Below, one piece after another: positions 1-9,263 of a stretch of 64,000 bases of DNA. Source of the DNA: Patescibacteria group bacterium (GTDB lineage: Bacteria; Patescibacteriota; Minisyncoccia; Phycocordibacterales; Phycocordibacteraceae); NCBI GenBank assembly GCA_018971045.1, contig JAGWVF010000001.1, forward strand, positions 75,480 to 139,479, read 5' to 3'. Under the pieces are notes generated by a model. The model was given only the letters and a program-made list of their open reading frames with translations, searched no databases and had not been told where the DNA came from. Position 1 is the stretch's first letter, and each line of letters begins with the position of its first letter. The translations under genes and the position numbers were made by a program.

Positions 1-588
1 TTTGTCGATCAAGCCGTATTTTTTAGCCTCGTCCGCGGTCATGAAGAAATCGCGTTCGACATCTTTCTCGATCTTCGCGAGCGGCTGGCCGGTATTCTTG
101 GAGAGAATCTTGTTGAGCGTCGCGCGCAACTTCAGGATCTGCTTCGCGGTGATCTCGATATCCGTCGCCTGGCCCTCGGCGCCGCCGTGAGGCTGATGGA
201 TCATGACCTCGGCGTTCGGAAGCGCGTGGCGCTTGCCCTGCTCTCCGGAAGAGAGCAGAATCGCCGCGCCCGAAGCCGCCATACCGACGCACACGGTCGA
301 AACCGCCGGCTTGATATGGTTCATAGTGTCGACCATCGCCAAGGTCGCGGTAACCGAGCCGCCGGGGCTGTTGATGTAAAGCGAGATATCCTTCTTCGGA
401 TCTTCGGCTTCGAGAAAGAGAAGCTGGGCAATCACGAGATTTGCGACGTCGTCGTCGATGGGGCCGCCGAGAAATACGATTCTCTCCTTGAGGAGGCGCG
501 AGTAGATATCGTAGGCGCGTTCGCCGAATTGGCTCTTTTCAACCACCATCGGGACAAGCATCGAAGCGCGCGGCTGCATATTTTTCAT
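1..588 (-). CDS. clpP: ATP-dependent Clp protease proteolytic subunit ClpP (C-terminus runs off window start)
   Basis: Reverse-strand translation from ATG ~588 reads [46 protein letters not shown]...[18 protein letters not shown]...YGLIDK, typical ClpP with catalytic Ser/His motifs; no stop before position 1. Confidence 0.9.
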   Translation of the reverse strand, partial: MKNMQPRASMLVPMVVEKSQFGERAYDIYSRLLKERIVFLGGPIDDDVANLVIAQLLFLEAEDPKKDISLYINSPGGSVTATLAMVDTMNHIKPAVSTVCVGMAASGAAILLSSGEQGKRHALPNAEVMIHQPHGGAEGQATDIEITAKQILKLRATLNKILSKNTGQPLAKIEKDVERDFFMTADEAKKYGLIDK

Positions 589-612
589 AGGATTAAAAAT
601 AAATGATAAATT

Positions 613-864
613 TTACTGGGTAGAAGAAGCGGCGGCGTTGGTAAGCGCGTCATTCTGAGCGATGCGCTTCCCCCACGCATAGAATGCGCCGACGATGATC
701 ATCATCACGATGACCACGATCGAGATCACCACGCCCCACGACTGCGCCTTAGCCGAAGGAACGCCCGCGGCAAGCAAGGCGGCGTCGGGCGTCGGATCCG
801 CTTTCGCCGCAAAGAGCTCGCTCGGCGAGAGCGGGGCGCGTTCGAAACGCGGTTCGGGCTCCAT
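613..864 (-). CDS. small single-TM membrane protein (hypothetical)
   Basis: ORF with one strongly hydrophobic helix (VVISIVVIVMMIIVGAFYAW); start moved to an internal Met so it does not overlap ppa. Confidence 0.3.
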   Translation of the reverse strand: MEPEPRFERAPLSPSELFAAKADPTPDAALLAAGVPSAKAQSWGVVISIVVIVMMIIVGAFYAWGKRIAQNDALTNAAASSTQ

Positions 865-865
865 A

Positions 866-1384
866 CTACTTCGCATTCTGATATTTCGCGCGGCCATCCT
901 CGAATGCGGCTTCGGCTTCGGCGCGGCCCTTAAAGCCGGTTACCGAAACTTCTTTGTTTTGGAGTTTCTTATAGGTTGCGTAGAAGTGTTCGATCTCCTT
1001 GAGCGTATGTTTGTTGATGTCGGAAAGATCCTTTACCTCCTTCCATCGCGGATCGTCAATGGGTACCGCGATGATCTTGTCGTCAACGTCGCCGCTGTCG
1101 ATCATGTTCATAAGCGCAACGGGGCGCGCCCGCACCAAGATTCCCGGAAGGAGCGGGTAGGTCGTGAGGAGAACGACATCGAGCGCGTCTCCGTCGTCCC
1201 AGAGCGTCTGGGGAACGAATCCGTAGTCGAACGGGAAATCCTGCCCCGTGTACGCGACGCGGTCGAGCGCGATAAGACCGTTCTTCTTGTCGATTTCGTA
1301 CTTATTGTGAGACCCTTTGTTGATCTCGACGATCACATTCATCTCTTCTTTCGATCCCGGATCAATATCGTGAAGTAAGTTCAT
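866..1384 (-). CDS. ppa: inorganic pyrophosphatase
   Basis: 172 aa with family I PPase signature (DGDALDVVLL, YGFVPQTLWDDGD). Confidence 0.9.
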   Translation of the reverse strand: MNLLHDIDPGSKEEMNVIVEINKGSHNKYEIDKKNGLIALDRVAYTGQDFPFDYGFVPQTLWDDGDALDVVLLTTYPLLPGILVRARPVALMNMIDSGDVDDKIIAVPIDDPRWKEVKDLSDINKHTLKEIEHFYATYKKLQNKEVSVTGFKGRAEAEAAFEDGRAKYQNAK

Positions 1385-1411
1385 ACGGGTAAGTATACAC
1401 GAACGATTCGA

Positions 1412-2785
1412 TTACTCATCTTTCGCGCTGTCGCGATCCTCTTCGGCATCGGCGGCAGTTTCATCGCTTGCCGGAAGCTCGACTAGCTCTTCTTCAGCCG
1501 GAAGCTCGGTTACCTGCGGAACTTCGTCAGTTACCACCTCGACGCTCTCAGTCGGCATGACGCCCGCGACGTCAGCGGGATCTTCTTCAACGGAGCCGCC
1601 CGCGGCCGCGATGTCGACATAGCCGGCGTCGCTCGCCTCCGCGACCGGCTCGCCGCCGGCCGAGACGATATCGATATTCCACCCCGTGAGCTTGGCGGCG
1701 AGCCGCACATTCTGGCCGCCGCGGCCGATCGCGAGCGACTGCTCGTCTTCGGCGACGGTAACCGTCGCGCGATGATTGGCTTCGTCGAGCGCCACCTCGA
1801 GCGGAGCGGCGGGGGAGAGCGCCTCTTTCACGAAGACCTGCGCATCATCACTCCACTCGATGATATCAATGCGCTCCCCTCCGAGCTCGCTCATCACGGT
1901 CGAGACGCGTACGCCGCGCTGGCCGACGAGAGATCCCACCGGATCCACGTGCGGGTCGAGCGAAGAAAGCGCGATCTTGGTGCGGCTGCCCGGTTCTCGC
2001 GCGAGCGCCTTTACCTCGATGGAACCGGCCGCGAGCTCCGGCGCCTCGAGCTCGAAGAGTTTCACGACAAACTTGGGATGCGCGCGCGAGAGACGCAGGT
2101 ACACGCCGCGGAATCCTTCATCAACGGCATAGAGATAGGCGCGAATGCGCTCGCCCATGCGGTACCGCTCGCCGGGAATCTGCTCCTCGTAGGGAATGAT
2201 GCCGGTCGTACGCCCGAGATCGACGAAGATAGCGCCGCGCTCCATGCGCTGCACGACGCCGCTTACGATCTCGCCCTTCTTTTCGCCGAACTCCTCCATC
2301 ATCGAGAGTTTTTCCGCTTCGCGCACCTTCTGTATCACGACTTGCTTGGCCGTCTGGGCGGCGATTCGGCCGAAATCGTCCTGCGGCTCGAGCGGAAACA
2401 CGATCTCCTCGCCCACTGCCACGCCGCGTTTAATCAGCTTGGCATTCTCGAGAAGAATGTGCTTTTCAGAGTCGAAGCGGGGAAGTTCGCCTTCTGCCAG
2501 ATGTTCTTCCTCGGCGTGGGAGCCGTGCATATGCTCCTCATTCACCACTTCATCGGGTTCAGGGAAGCGCACGGTCGTCTCGTCAACAACCGTCTTCACC
2601 TGTTCGAAGGCGATGGTGCCGGTATTGAGATCGAGCTTCGCGCGAACGACTTGGCCGCGCTTGCCGTATTCACGCTTGTAGGCGGTCGCCATCGCGCTCT
2701 CGATCGCCTCGATCATCGTCGAGCGGGAAATGCCCCGGTCTTCAAATTCGCCGAGGATGGTATTGATGGTTTTCAGATCAATCAT
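1412..2785 (-). CDS. nusA: transcription termination/antitermination factor NusA
   Basis: MIDLKTINTILGEFEDRGISRSTMIEAIESAMATAYKREYGK... N-terminal domain, S1 and KH regions, acidic C-terminal tail; start moved to MIDLK, the upstream 61 codons of the ORF are unlike NusA. Confidence 0.85.
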   Translation of the reverse strand: MIDLKTINTILGEFEDRGISRSTMIEAIESAMATAYKREYGKRGQVVRAKLDLNTGTIAFEQVKTVVDETTVRFPEPDEVVNEEHMHGSHAEEEHLAEGELPRFDSEKHILLENAKLIKRGVAVGEEIVFPLEPQDDFGRIAAQTAKQVVIQKVREAEKLSMMEEFGEKKGEIVSGVVQRMERGAIFVDLGRTTGIIPYEEQIPGERYRMGERIRAYLYAVDEGFRGVYLRLSRAHPKFVVKLFELEAPELAAGSIEVKALAREPGSRTKIALSSLDPHVDPVGSLVGQRGVRVSTVMSELGGERIDIIEWSDDAQVFVKEALSPAAPLEVALDEANHRATVTVAEDEQSLAIGRGGQNVRLAAKLTGWNIDIVSAGGEPVAEASDAGYVDIAAAGGSVEEDPADVAGVMPTESVEVVTDEVPQVTELPAEEELVELPASDETAADAEEDRDSAKDE

Positions 2786-2960
2786 ATGGAATGTGTATGT
2801 AGCGCACGTTTTTGATAAAGAAAGCCCCATTGGGGCGTTTCTGATAATCAGAATATACCTCACGCCGTCAAATTTGCAACTCGTTGTGTAAAACGCAACA
2901 TCGCCTCCAACGGCCTTGCGATTTGTTACACTAACCGTATATTCGTAATTCATTTCACTT

Positions 2961-3200
2961 ATGTCCATGGAAGGCTCTTGGGCGAGCGAAAACGCAAACA
3001 GGCCGGAATTTCACCTAGCCGAAGAAAAGGATCCCGTTCTGGATCTACTCGAGCAAAAGGGTCCGGAGGGCGCAGTTAATCATCTCACCGAACTACTCGA
3101 CAAGGACCCCGATAATGAAGAGATCCGTAGGGAGTTAAAGCTTCTTGAAAACCGCCTCGAAGATCTGCTCGGGATGATAAGAAAAAGAACAGGGAATTAA
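2961..3200 (+). CDS. small acidic hypothetical protein
   Basis: 79-aa ORF divergent from nusA; charged, predicted coiled-coil; no recognisable family. Confidence 0.3.
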   Translation: MSMEGSWASENANRPEFHLAEEKDPVLDLLEQKGPEGAVNHLTELLDKDPDNEEIRRELKLLENRLEDLLGMIRKRTGN

Positions 3201-3256
3201 CGATTCCACAATCAATACGTTTCTTAAACATGTGAAGTCTGTGTGTTGCAACGGCA

Positions 3257-3744
3257 ATGGATAGACTTGAGATTGGCCAAGCATACCTTATCGAATACGA
3301 AGACGCGTCGTACTCCTACGCTAATGAGCTCCCACATGATGCTCGACCAAAAACAGTACTCGTTGTCGGCCGTCTTCGCAGACACACCGATTCTTTTCTC
3401 GATGTCGCGATGACCTGGCTAGACGGAACGGATATCTATCAGGATGGGTGTATCATCCCAAAAAGGGCTGTGTTGCACGTCAATACGCTTACGTACCTAT
3501 GAAGAAAGGTATCGTTGGGGTCTCCTGGAATGATGTTCGCGTGTATCACGATGGCGGACTATACGGACCAACACCTGCTTATACTGAAGGCAGTCTCATT
3601 GTTCAACATGACGAATACGTGATTATACAGAACCCTGAAACCTTGCTCATGAGTCATGAGGGCACTAAGAATCATCCGGTCGAGGCGCCAAGATTTTATT
3701 ACATTCCCCGTTCTCTCATTCAGAAAATCGAGAAGTATGGCTAA
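3257..3744 (+). pseudogene. hypothetical gene in a low-GC islet, apparently split by a frameshift at an A5 run (two ORFs 3257..3502 and 3448..3744)
   Basis: Two overlapping ORFs in different frames meet at ccc-aaaaa-ggg (~3455-3465); composition clearly lower in GC than flanks. Confidence 0.25.
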
Positions 3745-3961
3745 CAAACAGCTTCCTAAAATTGAGCAGATTTGTTGGATAACGAAATTGGGTCTCGAAC
3801 CTCACGTCACTTGTGCCATTGGATTTATACGATCCGAAACGCTTGATGAAATACTATTGGTTTCAACTCTGGGAGTACACGGCGATCTTGATGTTCATAC
3901 AATACCTGTTCCACAAATAGTTAAGCGCCATCAACTTGCTCCTCAAGAGAGGAGGGTGTGA
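3737..3961 (+). CDS. small hypothetical protein (low-GC islet)
   Basis: ATG directly after preceding stop; 74 aa; no recognisable motifs. Confidence 0.25.
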   Translation: MANKQLPKIEQICWITKLGLEPHVTCAIGFIRSETLDEILLVSTLGVHGDLDVHTIPVPQIVKRHQLAPQERRV

Positions 3962-4004
3962 AGTTCCTCCGTTGTCGAGGCGATAGCACGCTATACTTAT
4001 AGTC

Positions 4005-5756
4005 ATGCACGTTTCGGAAGGAGAGCTGAAAGAGTTCATTATCGATTCCGGTCTCGTCGCCAAAAAAGACATTGATGCGGCTGACGAAGAAGCGAAGAGT
4101 CGCGGACAGTCGCTCGGCGACATTCTCGTCGCGCGCGGCGCGCTGACCTCCGACACGCTCCGCCGCATCCAAGCCTACGTTCTCGGCATCCCTTTCATCG
4201 GCTTGAAGGAGACCCATATTCCGGCTGACGTTCTCGCGCTTATTCCCGAGCCGATCGCCCGCACCCACAATATCATCGCCTTCCGCAAAGACGGGGATTC
4301 GCTCGAGGTCGCCATGCTCGACGTCATTGATCTCGTCGCGATTGATTCCGTGCGTAAAAAGACGGGATTGAAGATATTGCCGCGCCTCACCGACACCGAG
4401 AGCATCAAATCATCGCTCCTTCAGTATCAGAAGTCGCTCAAAGACGAATTCGGCGACATCATCTCGGCCGAAGCAGGGAAGATCAAAGTGATTTCCGAGA
4501 ATAATAAAGATCTTTCTGACGTCGATCTTAAAAAAATGGCCGAGGACCTGCCGATCGTGCGCATCGTCGACACGCTTCTGCGCCACGCGATCGTTCAAGA
4601 TGCTTCTGACATTCATATCGAGCCGATGGAGACCGAGGTGCTCGTTCGCTACCGCATCGACGGCATTCTGCATGACGCGATGACCCTGCCGTCATCGGCG
4701 GCGGCCGGTATCGTCGCGCGCATCAAGGTGCTCTCGAATCTCAAGCTTGACGAGAAGCGTCTTCCCCAAGACGGGCGCTTCAAGATGGAAACCGAGGCTG
4801 AAAAAGTCTCCTTCCGCGTATCGATTATGCCGACGTTCTTCGGAGAAAAGACCGTGATGCGCCTCCTGCGCGAGACCGGGGGAGAGGGATTCACACTCGA
4901 AGCGCTCGGCTTCCACGGCGAAAATATGGAGCGTGTCCACCACGCGCTGAAGCAGACGACCGGCATCATCCTTATTTCCGGACCGACCGGCAGCGGCAAG
5001 ACCACCACGCTCTATACCATGCTCGATATCTTGAACCAGCCGGACGTGAATATTTCTACCATCGAAGACCCGATCGAATACCAAATGAAGCGCGTGAACC
5101 AGACCCAGGTCAACCCGCAGATCGGATTCACGTTCGCGAACGGGCTCCGCTCGTTGGTGCGCCAGGATCCGGACATCATCATGGTCGGCGAGATCCGCGA
5201 CGGCGAAACCGCTTCTCTCGCGATCAATGCGGCGCTCACCGGCCACCTCGTGCTCTCCACGATCCATACCAACAGCGCCTCGGGCGCGATTCCGCGGCTT
5301 ATCGATATGGGCGTTGAGCCGTTCCTCCTCGTGTCGACCGTCCGCATCATCGTTGGCCAGCGCCTCGTCCGCAAGCTCTGCGATCCGAAAGAGGAGTATG
5401 CACTTACCAAGGCGGCGCGGGATAAAATCGGCACCGACGAACAGTTCGGAATCGCCTTCAAAGCGTTGGAAGAAGAAAAGCTCGTCAAATCCGGATCAAA
5501 TCTCGACGATCTGGTATTTTACCGCCCCACTCCGTCAACCGAATGCGAGGACGGCTACAAAAGCCGAATCGGAATCCATGAGGTGCTCGCGATCTCTCCA
5601 GCCATCCGCGACGTTATTCTCACCTCAAGCACGAGCGACGCTCTTGAGACTCAAGCGAAGAAAGAAGGCATGCTCACCATGTTTGAAGACGGTATCTACA
5701 AAGCGGCTCGAGGTATCACGAGCATCGAGGAAGTCCTGCGCGCCGTGAGCGAATAA
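4005..5756 (+). CDS. pilB: type IV pilus assembly ATPase PilB / GspE family
   Basis: N-terminal GspII_E domain, Walker A GPTGSGKTTTLYTML, Asp box, Walker B DPDIIMVGEIRD, His box LVLSTIHTN. Confidence 0.9.
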   Translation: MHVSEGELKEFIIDSGLVAKKDIDAADEEAKSRGQSLGDILVARGALTSDTLRRIQAYVLGIPFIGLKETHIPADVLALIPEPIARTHNIIAFRKDGDSLEVAMLDVIDLVAIDSVRKKTGLKILPRLTDTESIKSSLLQYQKSLKDEFGDIISAEAGKIKVISENNKDLSDVDLKKMAEDLPIVRIVDTLLRHAIVQDASDIHIEPMETEVLVRYRIDGILHDAMTLPSSAAAGIVARIKVLSNLKLDEKRLPQDGRFKMETEAEKVSFRVSIMPTFFGEKTVMRLLRETGGEGFTLEALGFHGENMERVHHALKQTTGIILISGPTGSGKTTTLYTMLDILNQPDVNISTIEDPIEYQMKRVNQTQVNPQIGFTFANGLRSLVRQDPDIIMVGEIRDGETASLAINAALTGHLVLSTIHTNSASGAIPRLIDMGVEPFLLVSTVRIIVGQRLVRKLCDPKEEYALTKAARDKIGTDEQFGIAFKALEEEKLVKSGSNLDDLVFYRPTPSTECEDGYKSRIGIHEVLAISPAIRDVILTSSTSDALETQAKKEGMLTMFEDGIYKAARGITSIEEVLRAVSE

Positions 5757-5758
5757 CC

Positions 5759-6976
5759 ATGCTTTTCCGCGTCATCATCCGCAAAGAAGGCCTTCCCGAC
5801 GAAACGCGCACGGTCGAGGCGCCGACCCGTTTCGCCGTATACGATCAGGTGCGCGGCGAAGGCGGCGTTGTCCTCTCGATCAAGGAGCGCACAGGCTTCG
5901 GCCGAATGGTGCTTTCCCGCCTCAATATAACGTTCGGCAGCGGCATCAAGCGGCAGGAAATCATCCGCTTCGCGCGCAATCTCTCCGCAATGATCGTCGC
6001 CGGCCTCTCGATCTCCCGCGCGCTCAGCGTCATCGAGCGGCAATCGAGCAATCCCCGAATGAAGGCCGTGGCTACCGGCCTCTCCGAATCGATTAAAAAA
6101 GGTTCTTCATTTAATGAAGCCTTGGCGCTCTATCCGCGCGTCTTTCCCGAGATCTTCGTGGCGATGGCGCGCGCCGGCGAGGAATCGGGATCGCTCTCGG
6201 AATCTCTGAACGTCGTCGCCCTTCAGATGGGGCGATCCGAAGAGCTGTCGCGGAAGATCCGCGGCGCGATGATCTATCCCTCGATCGTCATTATCGGCGT
6301 TCTCATTGTCGCGATTCTGATGCTCATCTTCGTCGTACCGACGCTCACGAATACCTTTACCTCGCTCGGCGTGCAGGTTCCGCTCGCGACGCGCATTATC
6401 GTGGCGATGTCCGATTTCTTGGTGAATAACGCCGTGCTTATCGCGCCTGTTCTCATTCTTCTCGCCGGCGTCGGCGTATCGTTCGCGCGTTCGCGCATCG
6501 GCGGGAAGCTCTTGCTTCTCGGCTCGCTTCACCTGCCCGTTATCGGCGAACTTATCCGGGAGACCTACACCGCGCGCGCCGCCCGTACGCTCTCCTCGCT
6601 CCTCGTCGCCGGCGTGCCCGTCTTGAACGCGCTCGCGATTACGAAGAGCGTCGTACACGCCGAAGTATTCGCAAATGTCGTTAGCGAAGCCGAAGAGCAT
6701 GTGCGCAAAGGCGACTTGCTCTCGAAGGCGTTCTCCGAACATACCGGACTCTATCCGATACTGATGAGCGATATGCTCGCGGTAGGGGAGGAGACCGGTA
6801 AAGTCGCCGAGATGTTGAAGCAGATCGCCGAATTCTACGAAGATACCGTATCGGAGAAAACCAAAGATCTCTCGACCATCATCGAACCGGTATTGATGCT
6901 CATCATCGGCGCCTTCGTCGGCGTTTTCGCGGTCGCGATGATCGCGCCGATTTATCAGCTCTCCTCGGCTATATGA
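5759..6976 (+). CDS. pilC: type IV pilus inner-membrane platform protein PilC / GspF family
   Basis: 405 aa, two T2SSF repeats, polytopic; directly downstream of pilB. Confidence 0.9.
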   Translation: MLFRVIIRKEGLPDETRTVEAPTRFAVYDQVRGEGGVVLSIKERTGFGRMVLSRLNITFGSGIKRQEIIRFARNLSAMIVAGLSISRALSVIERQSSNPRMKAVATGLSESIKKGSSFNEALALYPRVFPEIFVAMARAGEESGSLSESLNVVALQMGRSEELSRKIRGAMIYPSIVIIGVLIVAILMLIFVVPTLTNTFTSLGVQVPLATRIIVAMSDFLVNNAVLIAPVLILLAGVGVSFARSRIGGKLLLLGSLHLPVIGELIRETYTARAARTLSSLLVAGVPVLNALAITKSVVHAEVFANVVSEAEEHVRKGDLLSKAFSEHTGLYPILMSDMLAVGEETGKVAEMLKQIAEFYEDTVSEKTKDLSTIIEPVLMLIIGAFVGVFAVAMIAPIYQLSSAI

Positions 6977-8676
6977 CGCTCCGATTCCGCGGAATGAGTC
7001 TGATTGATATTATTATCGGAAGCGCTCTTCTCCTTACTGTTTTCCTCTCCATCTTCGCTTCGCTTCGCGGTTCACTCAGCCTTTCGAATCTTGCTCGAGC
7101 GAATGTTATCGCCACAGAACTCGCAAATTCCCAGATCGAATTTATGCGCGGTTTTTCTTACGATGCTCTCGGAACCGTGGGCGGTATCCCGGCTGGATCT
7201 ATTGCTCAAAGTACGACAACAACCATTAGCGGGATCCCTTTCACAACCCGAACTCTGATTGAATATAAAGACGACCCTGCCGATGGTCTCGGTGCCTTGG
7301 ATTCAAACCATGTAACCACTGACTATAAAGTCGTCAAAGTGACGGTTTCTTACCAATTGTATGGGACAACTCATGCGGTCACCTACCTCTCAACGTATAC
7401 TTCTCCTGTTATCGAATCGTCAACCGGGGGCGGTACGCTCTCGATCCATGTTGTAAATGCGACCGGTGCAGATCTTGCAAACGCGGCCGTGCAAATCGTG
7501 AACGCGTCAACCTCTCCAACGGTTAATTTGACTACAAACACCGACAACTCAGGGATGACGATCATTGGAGGAGCGGCGACGTCGACGCAGTACCAAATCT
7601 TGGTCTCTCGGCCAGGCTACTCGAGTGCCCAAACCTATGCCCGCACCGCACTGAACGTAAATCCCACGCCGGGGTATCTGACGGTTGTGAAGGATATGAC
7701 GACAAGTGTGACTTTCGCTATTGACCTCCTCGCGAACCTCACTCTGTCGAGCTTGGCCGTCCCGGCGGTAAACGTTTTTTCAGACACGTTTTTGAACAAC
7801 AATAATCTTGGATCGCAAATTAATACAGTCGTGACCAACAACTCGATTGTGTTGGCCGCCGATCAATTCTCTGGATCCGCGCTATCGATCCCTATTTCTC
7901 CGACCGGACTCCTGGGGTGGGGGGTTCTTTCGGCCGCTATAGCGGCGCCGGCACAAACAAGCGTGATAGTACATGTCGCTGACAGATCGGGAAATCTTCT
8001 ACCCGATACGGTCCTTGCGGGTAATGCCGCCGGATTTTCAGCGTTTCCCGTGTCACTCACTGGAGTCGCAGCCTCAAGTTATCCCAGTCTCACTCTGCGC
8101 ACCGACCTTTCCCGCGTAGCCACCTCATCGAACCCTCAGTTGAATAGTTGGTCGCTCTCCCACACAGACGGACTCACGCCTGTTCCGGCAATCTCCTTTA
8201 CTCTCACCGGCGCGAAGACAATCGGCACGAATGGTAGCGGGCAGTCAATTTATAAAACGAATGTAACCGGTTCGACGGATGCAGGTGGATCCGTTAAAGA
8301 GATGCTCGAGTGGGATGCATATTCGCTCACCCTCTCGAGCTCGACTAGCCTTGAAAGCTGTCCTATCCCGCCGTATGCGCTTTCGCCGGGAACGAATGTT
8401 TCAGCGCAGTGGCAGATTGGTTCTCTCTCGGCGAACACGCTCCCTATTCTGGTACAAGACTCGCTCGGCTCGCCAATCATGAACGCACTCGTTGTACTCT
8501 CGAACGCTTCATTTGCAGAAACAATTCCAACCGACGCGTGTGGAGTCGCTTTCTTCAACGGTCTTTCAAACGCAACCTATTCGGCAACCGCAAGCGCTCC
8601 AGGCCATGCAACGACAACGATCAACTCGCTGTCAGTGTCGGGACATGCCGCGACAACAGCAATTACACTTCCATGA
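6973..8676 (+). CDS. large minor pilin / PilV-like pseudopilin with prepilin-type N-terminus
   Basis: N-terminus RGMSLIDIIIGSALLLTVFLSIFASL (class III signal-like), rest Thr/Ser-rich beta-type; start overlaps pilC stop. Confidence 0.55.
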   Translation: MTLRFRGMSLIDIIIGSALLLTVFLSIFASLRGSLSLSNLARANVIATELANSQIEFMRGFSYDALGTVGGIPAGSIAQSTTTTISGIPFTTRTLIEYKDDPADGLGALDSNHVTTDYKVVKVTVSYQLYGTTHAVTYLSTYTSPVIESSTGGGTLSIHVVNATGADLANAAVQIVNASTSPTVNLTTNTDNSGMTIIGGAATSTQYQILVSRPGYSSAQTYARTALNVNPTPGYLTVVKDMTTSVTFAIDLLANLTLSSLAVPAVNVFSDTFLNNNNLGSQINTVVTNNSIVLAADQFSGSALSIPISPTGLLGWGVLSAAIAAPAQTSVIVHVADRSGNLLPDTVLAGNAAGFSAFPVSLTGVAASSYPSLTLRTDLSRVATSSNPQLNSWSLSHTDGLTPVPAISFTLTGAKTIGTNGSGQSIYKTNVTGSTDAGGSVKEMLEWDAYSLTLSSSTSLESCPIPPYALSPGTNVSAQWQIGSLSANTLPILVQDSLGSPIMNALVVLSNASFAETIPTDACGVAFFNGLSNATYSATASAPGHATTTINSLSVSGHAATTAITLP

Positions 8677-9263
8677 ACACTTCTCGACCCAACGGATTTA
8701 CTCTCGTCGAAGCCCTTGTGGTCGTCTCTCTCACGGCCATTATGTCAATGGCGATTGCGTCGCTTATAGTAATGTTTTATAGAACATCGGGATTCACTCT
8801 TGAGAACACGAAAGCGATTAATATCGCTCGCCAAGGCGTCGAACAAGCTGTGCGCGACATCCGCGAAGCCACGTATGGGAACGATGGCTCGTATTTAATA
8901 ACCTCGGCGGGAACGTCGACTATCGTTATGTATTCTCAAGCTGACGCCGATGCTCAAGTGGAGCGCGTAACGTACACGCTCTCAAACGGGACGCTGTATC
9001 GCTCCACTGCTGAGCCAAGCGGAAACCCTCTCTCGTACACAAATCCAACGTACTCTACAACAACAGTATCCCAATCAGTTACGAACGGAACATCGACTCC
9101 CTTATTTCAATACTATGACACGACAAGTACTGAAATATTTCCCCCCCTTAATGTTACTTCCATTTCGAGTGTTAAAATAACGCTTATTATCGACATCAAC
9201 ACAAATGCGACCCCGCTCCCATTCACCCTCACGGGCTGGGCACACCTGCGTAATCTTCCATGA
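8673..9263 (+). CDS. prepilin-type N-terminal cleavage/methylation domain protein (pilin/pseudopilin)
   Basis: Internal start MNTSRPNGFTLVEALVVVSLTAIMSMAIASL: canonical G|FTLVE prepilin motif; ATGA overlap with upstream gene. Confidence 0.7.
   Translation: MNTSRPNGFTLVEALVVVSLTAIMSMAIASLIVMFYRTSGFTLENTKAINIARQGVEQAVRDIREATYGNDGSYLITSAGTSTIVMYSQADADAQVERVTYTLSNGTLYRSTAEPSGNPLSYTNPTYSTTTVSQSVTNGTSTPLFQYYDTTSTEIFPPLNVTSISSVKITLIIDINTNATPLPFTLTGWAHLRNLP

Noticed and set aside
187-606. 139-aa plus-strand ORF at window start
   Set aside because: Antisense to clpP; the reverse-strand translation gives an unmistakable ClpP
1772-2815. 347-aa ORF on the plus strand across the nusA region
   Set aside because: Lies antisense to a well-supported NusA CDS; high-GC DNA generates long spurious antisense ORFs; no motifs
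2786-2960. Hairpin AAAGCCCCATTGGGGCGTTT in the nusA leader as a possible attenuator
   Set aside because: Single short hairpin without T-run on the relevant strand; insufficient evidence for a regulatory call
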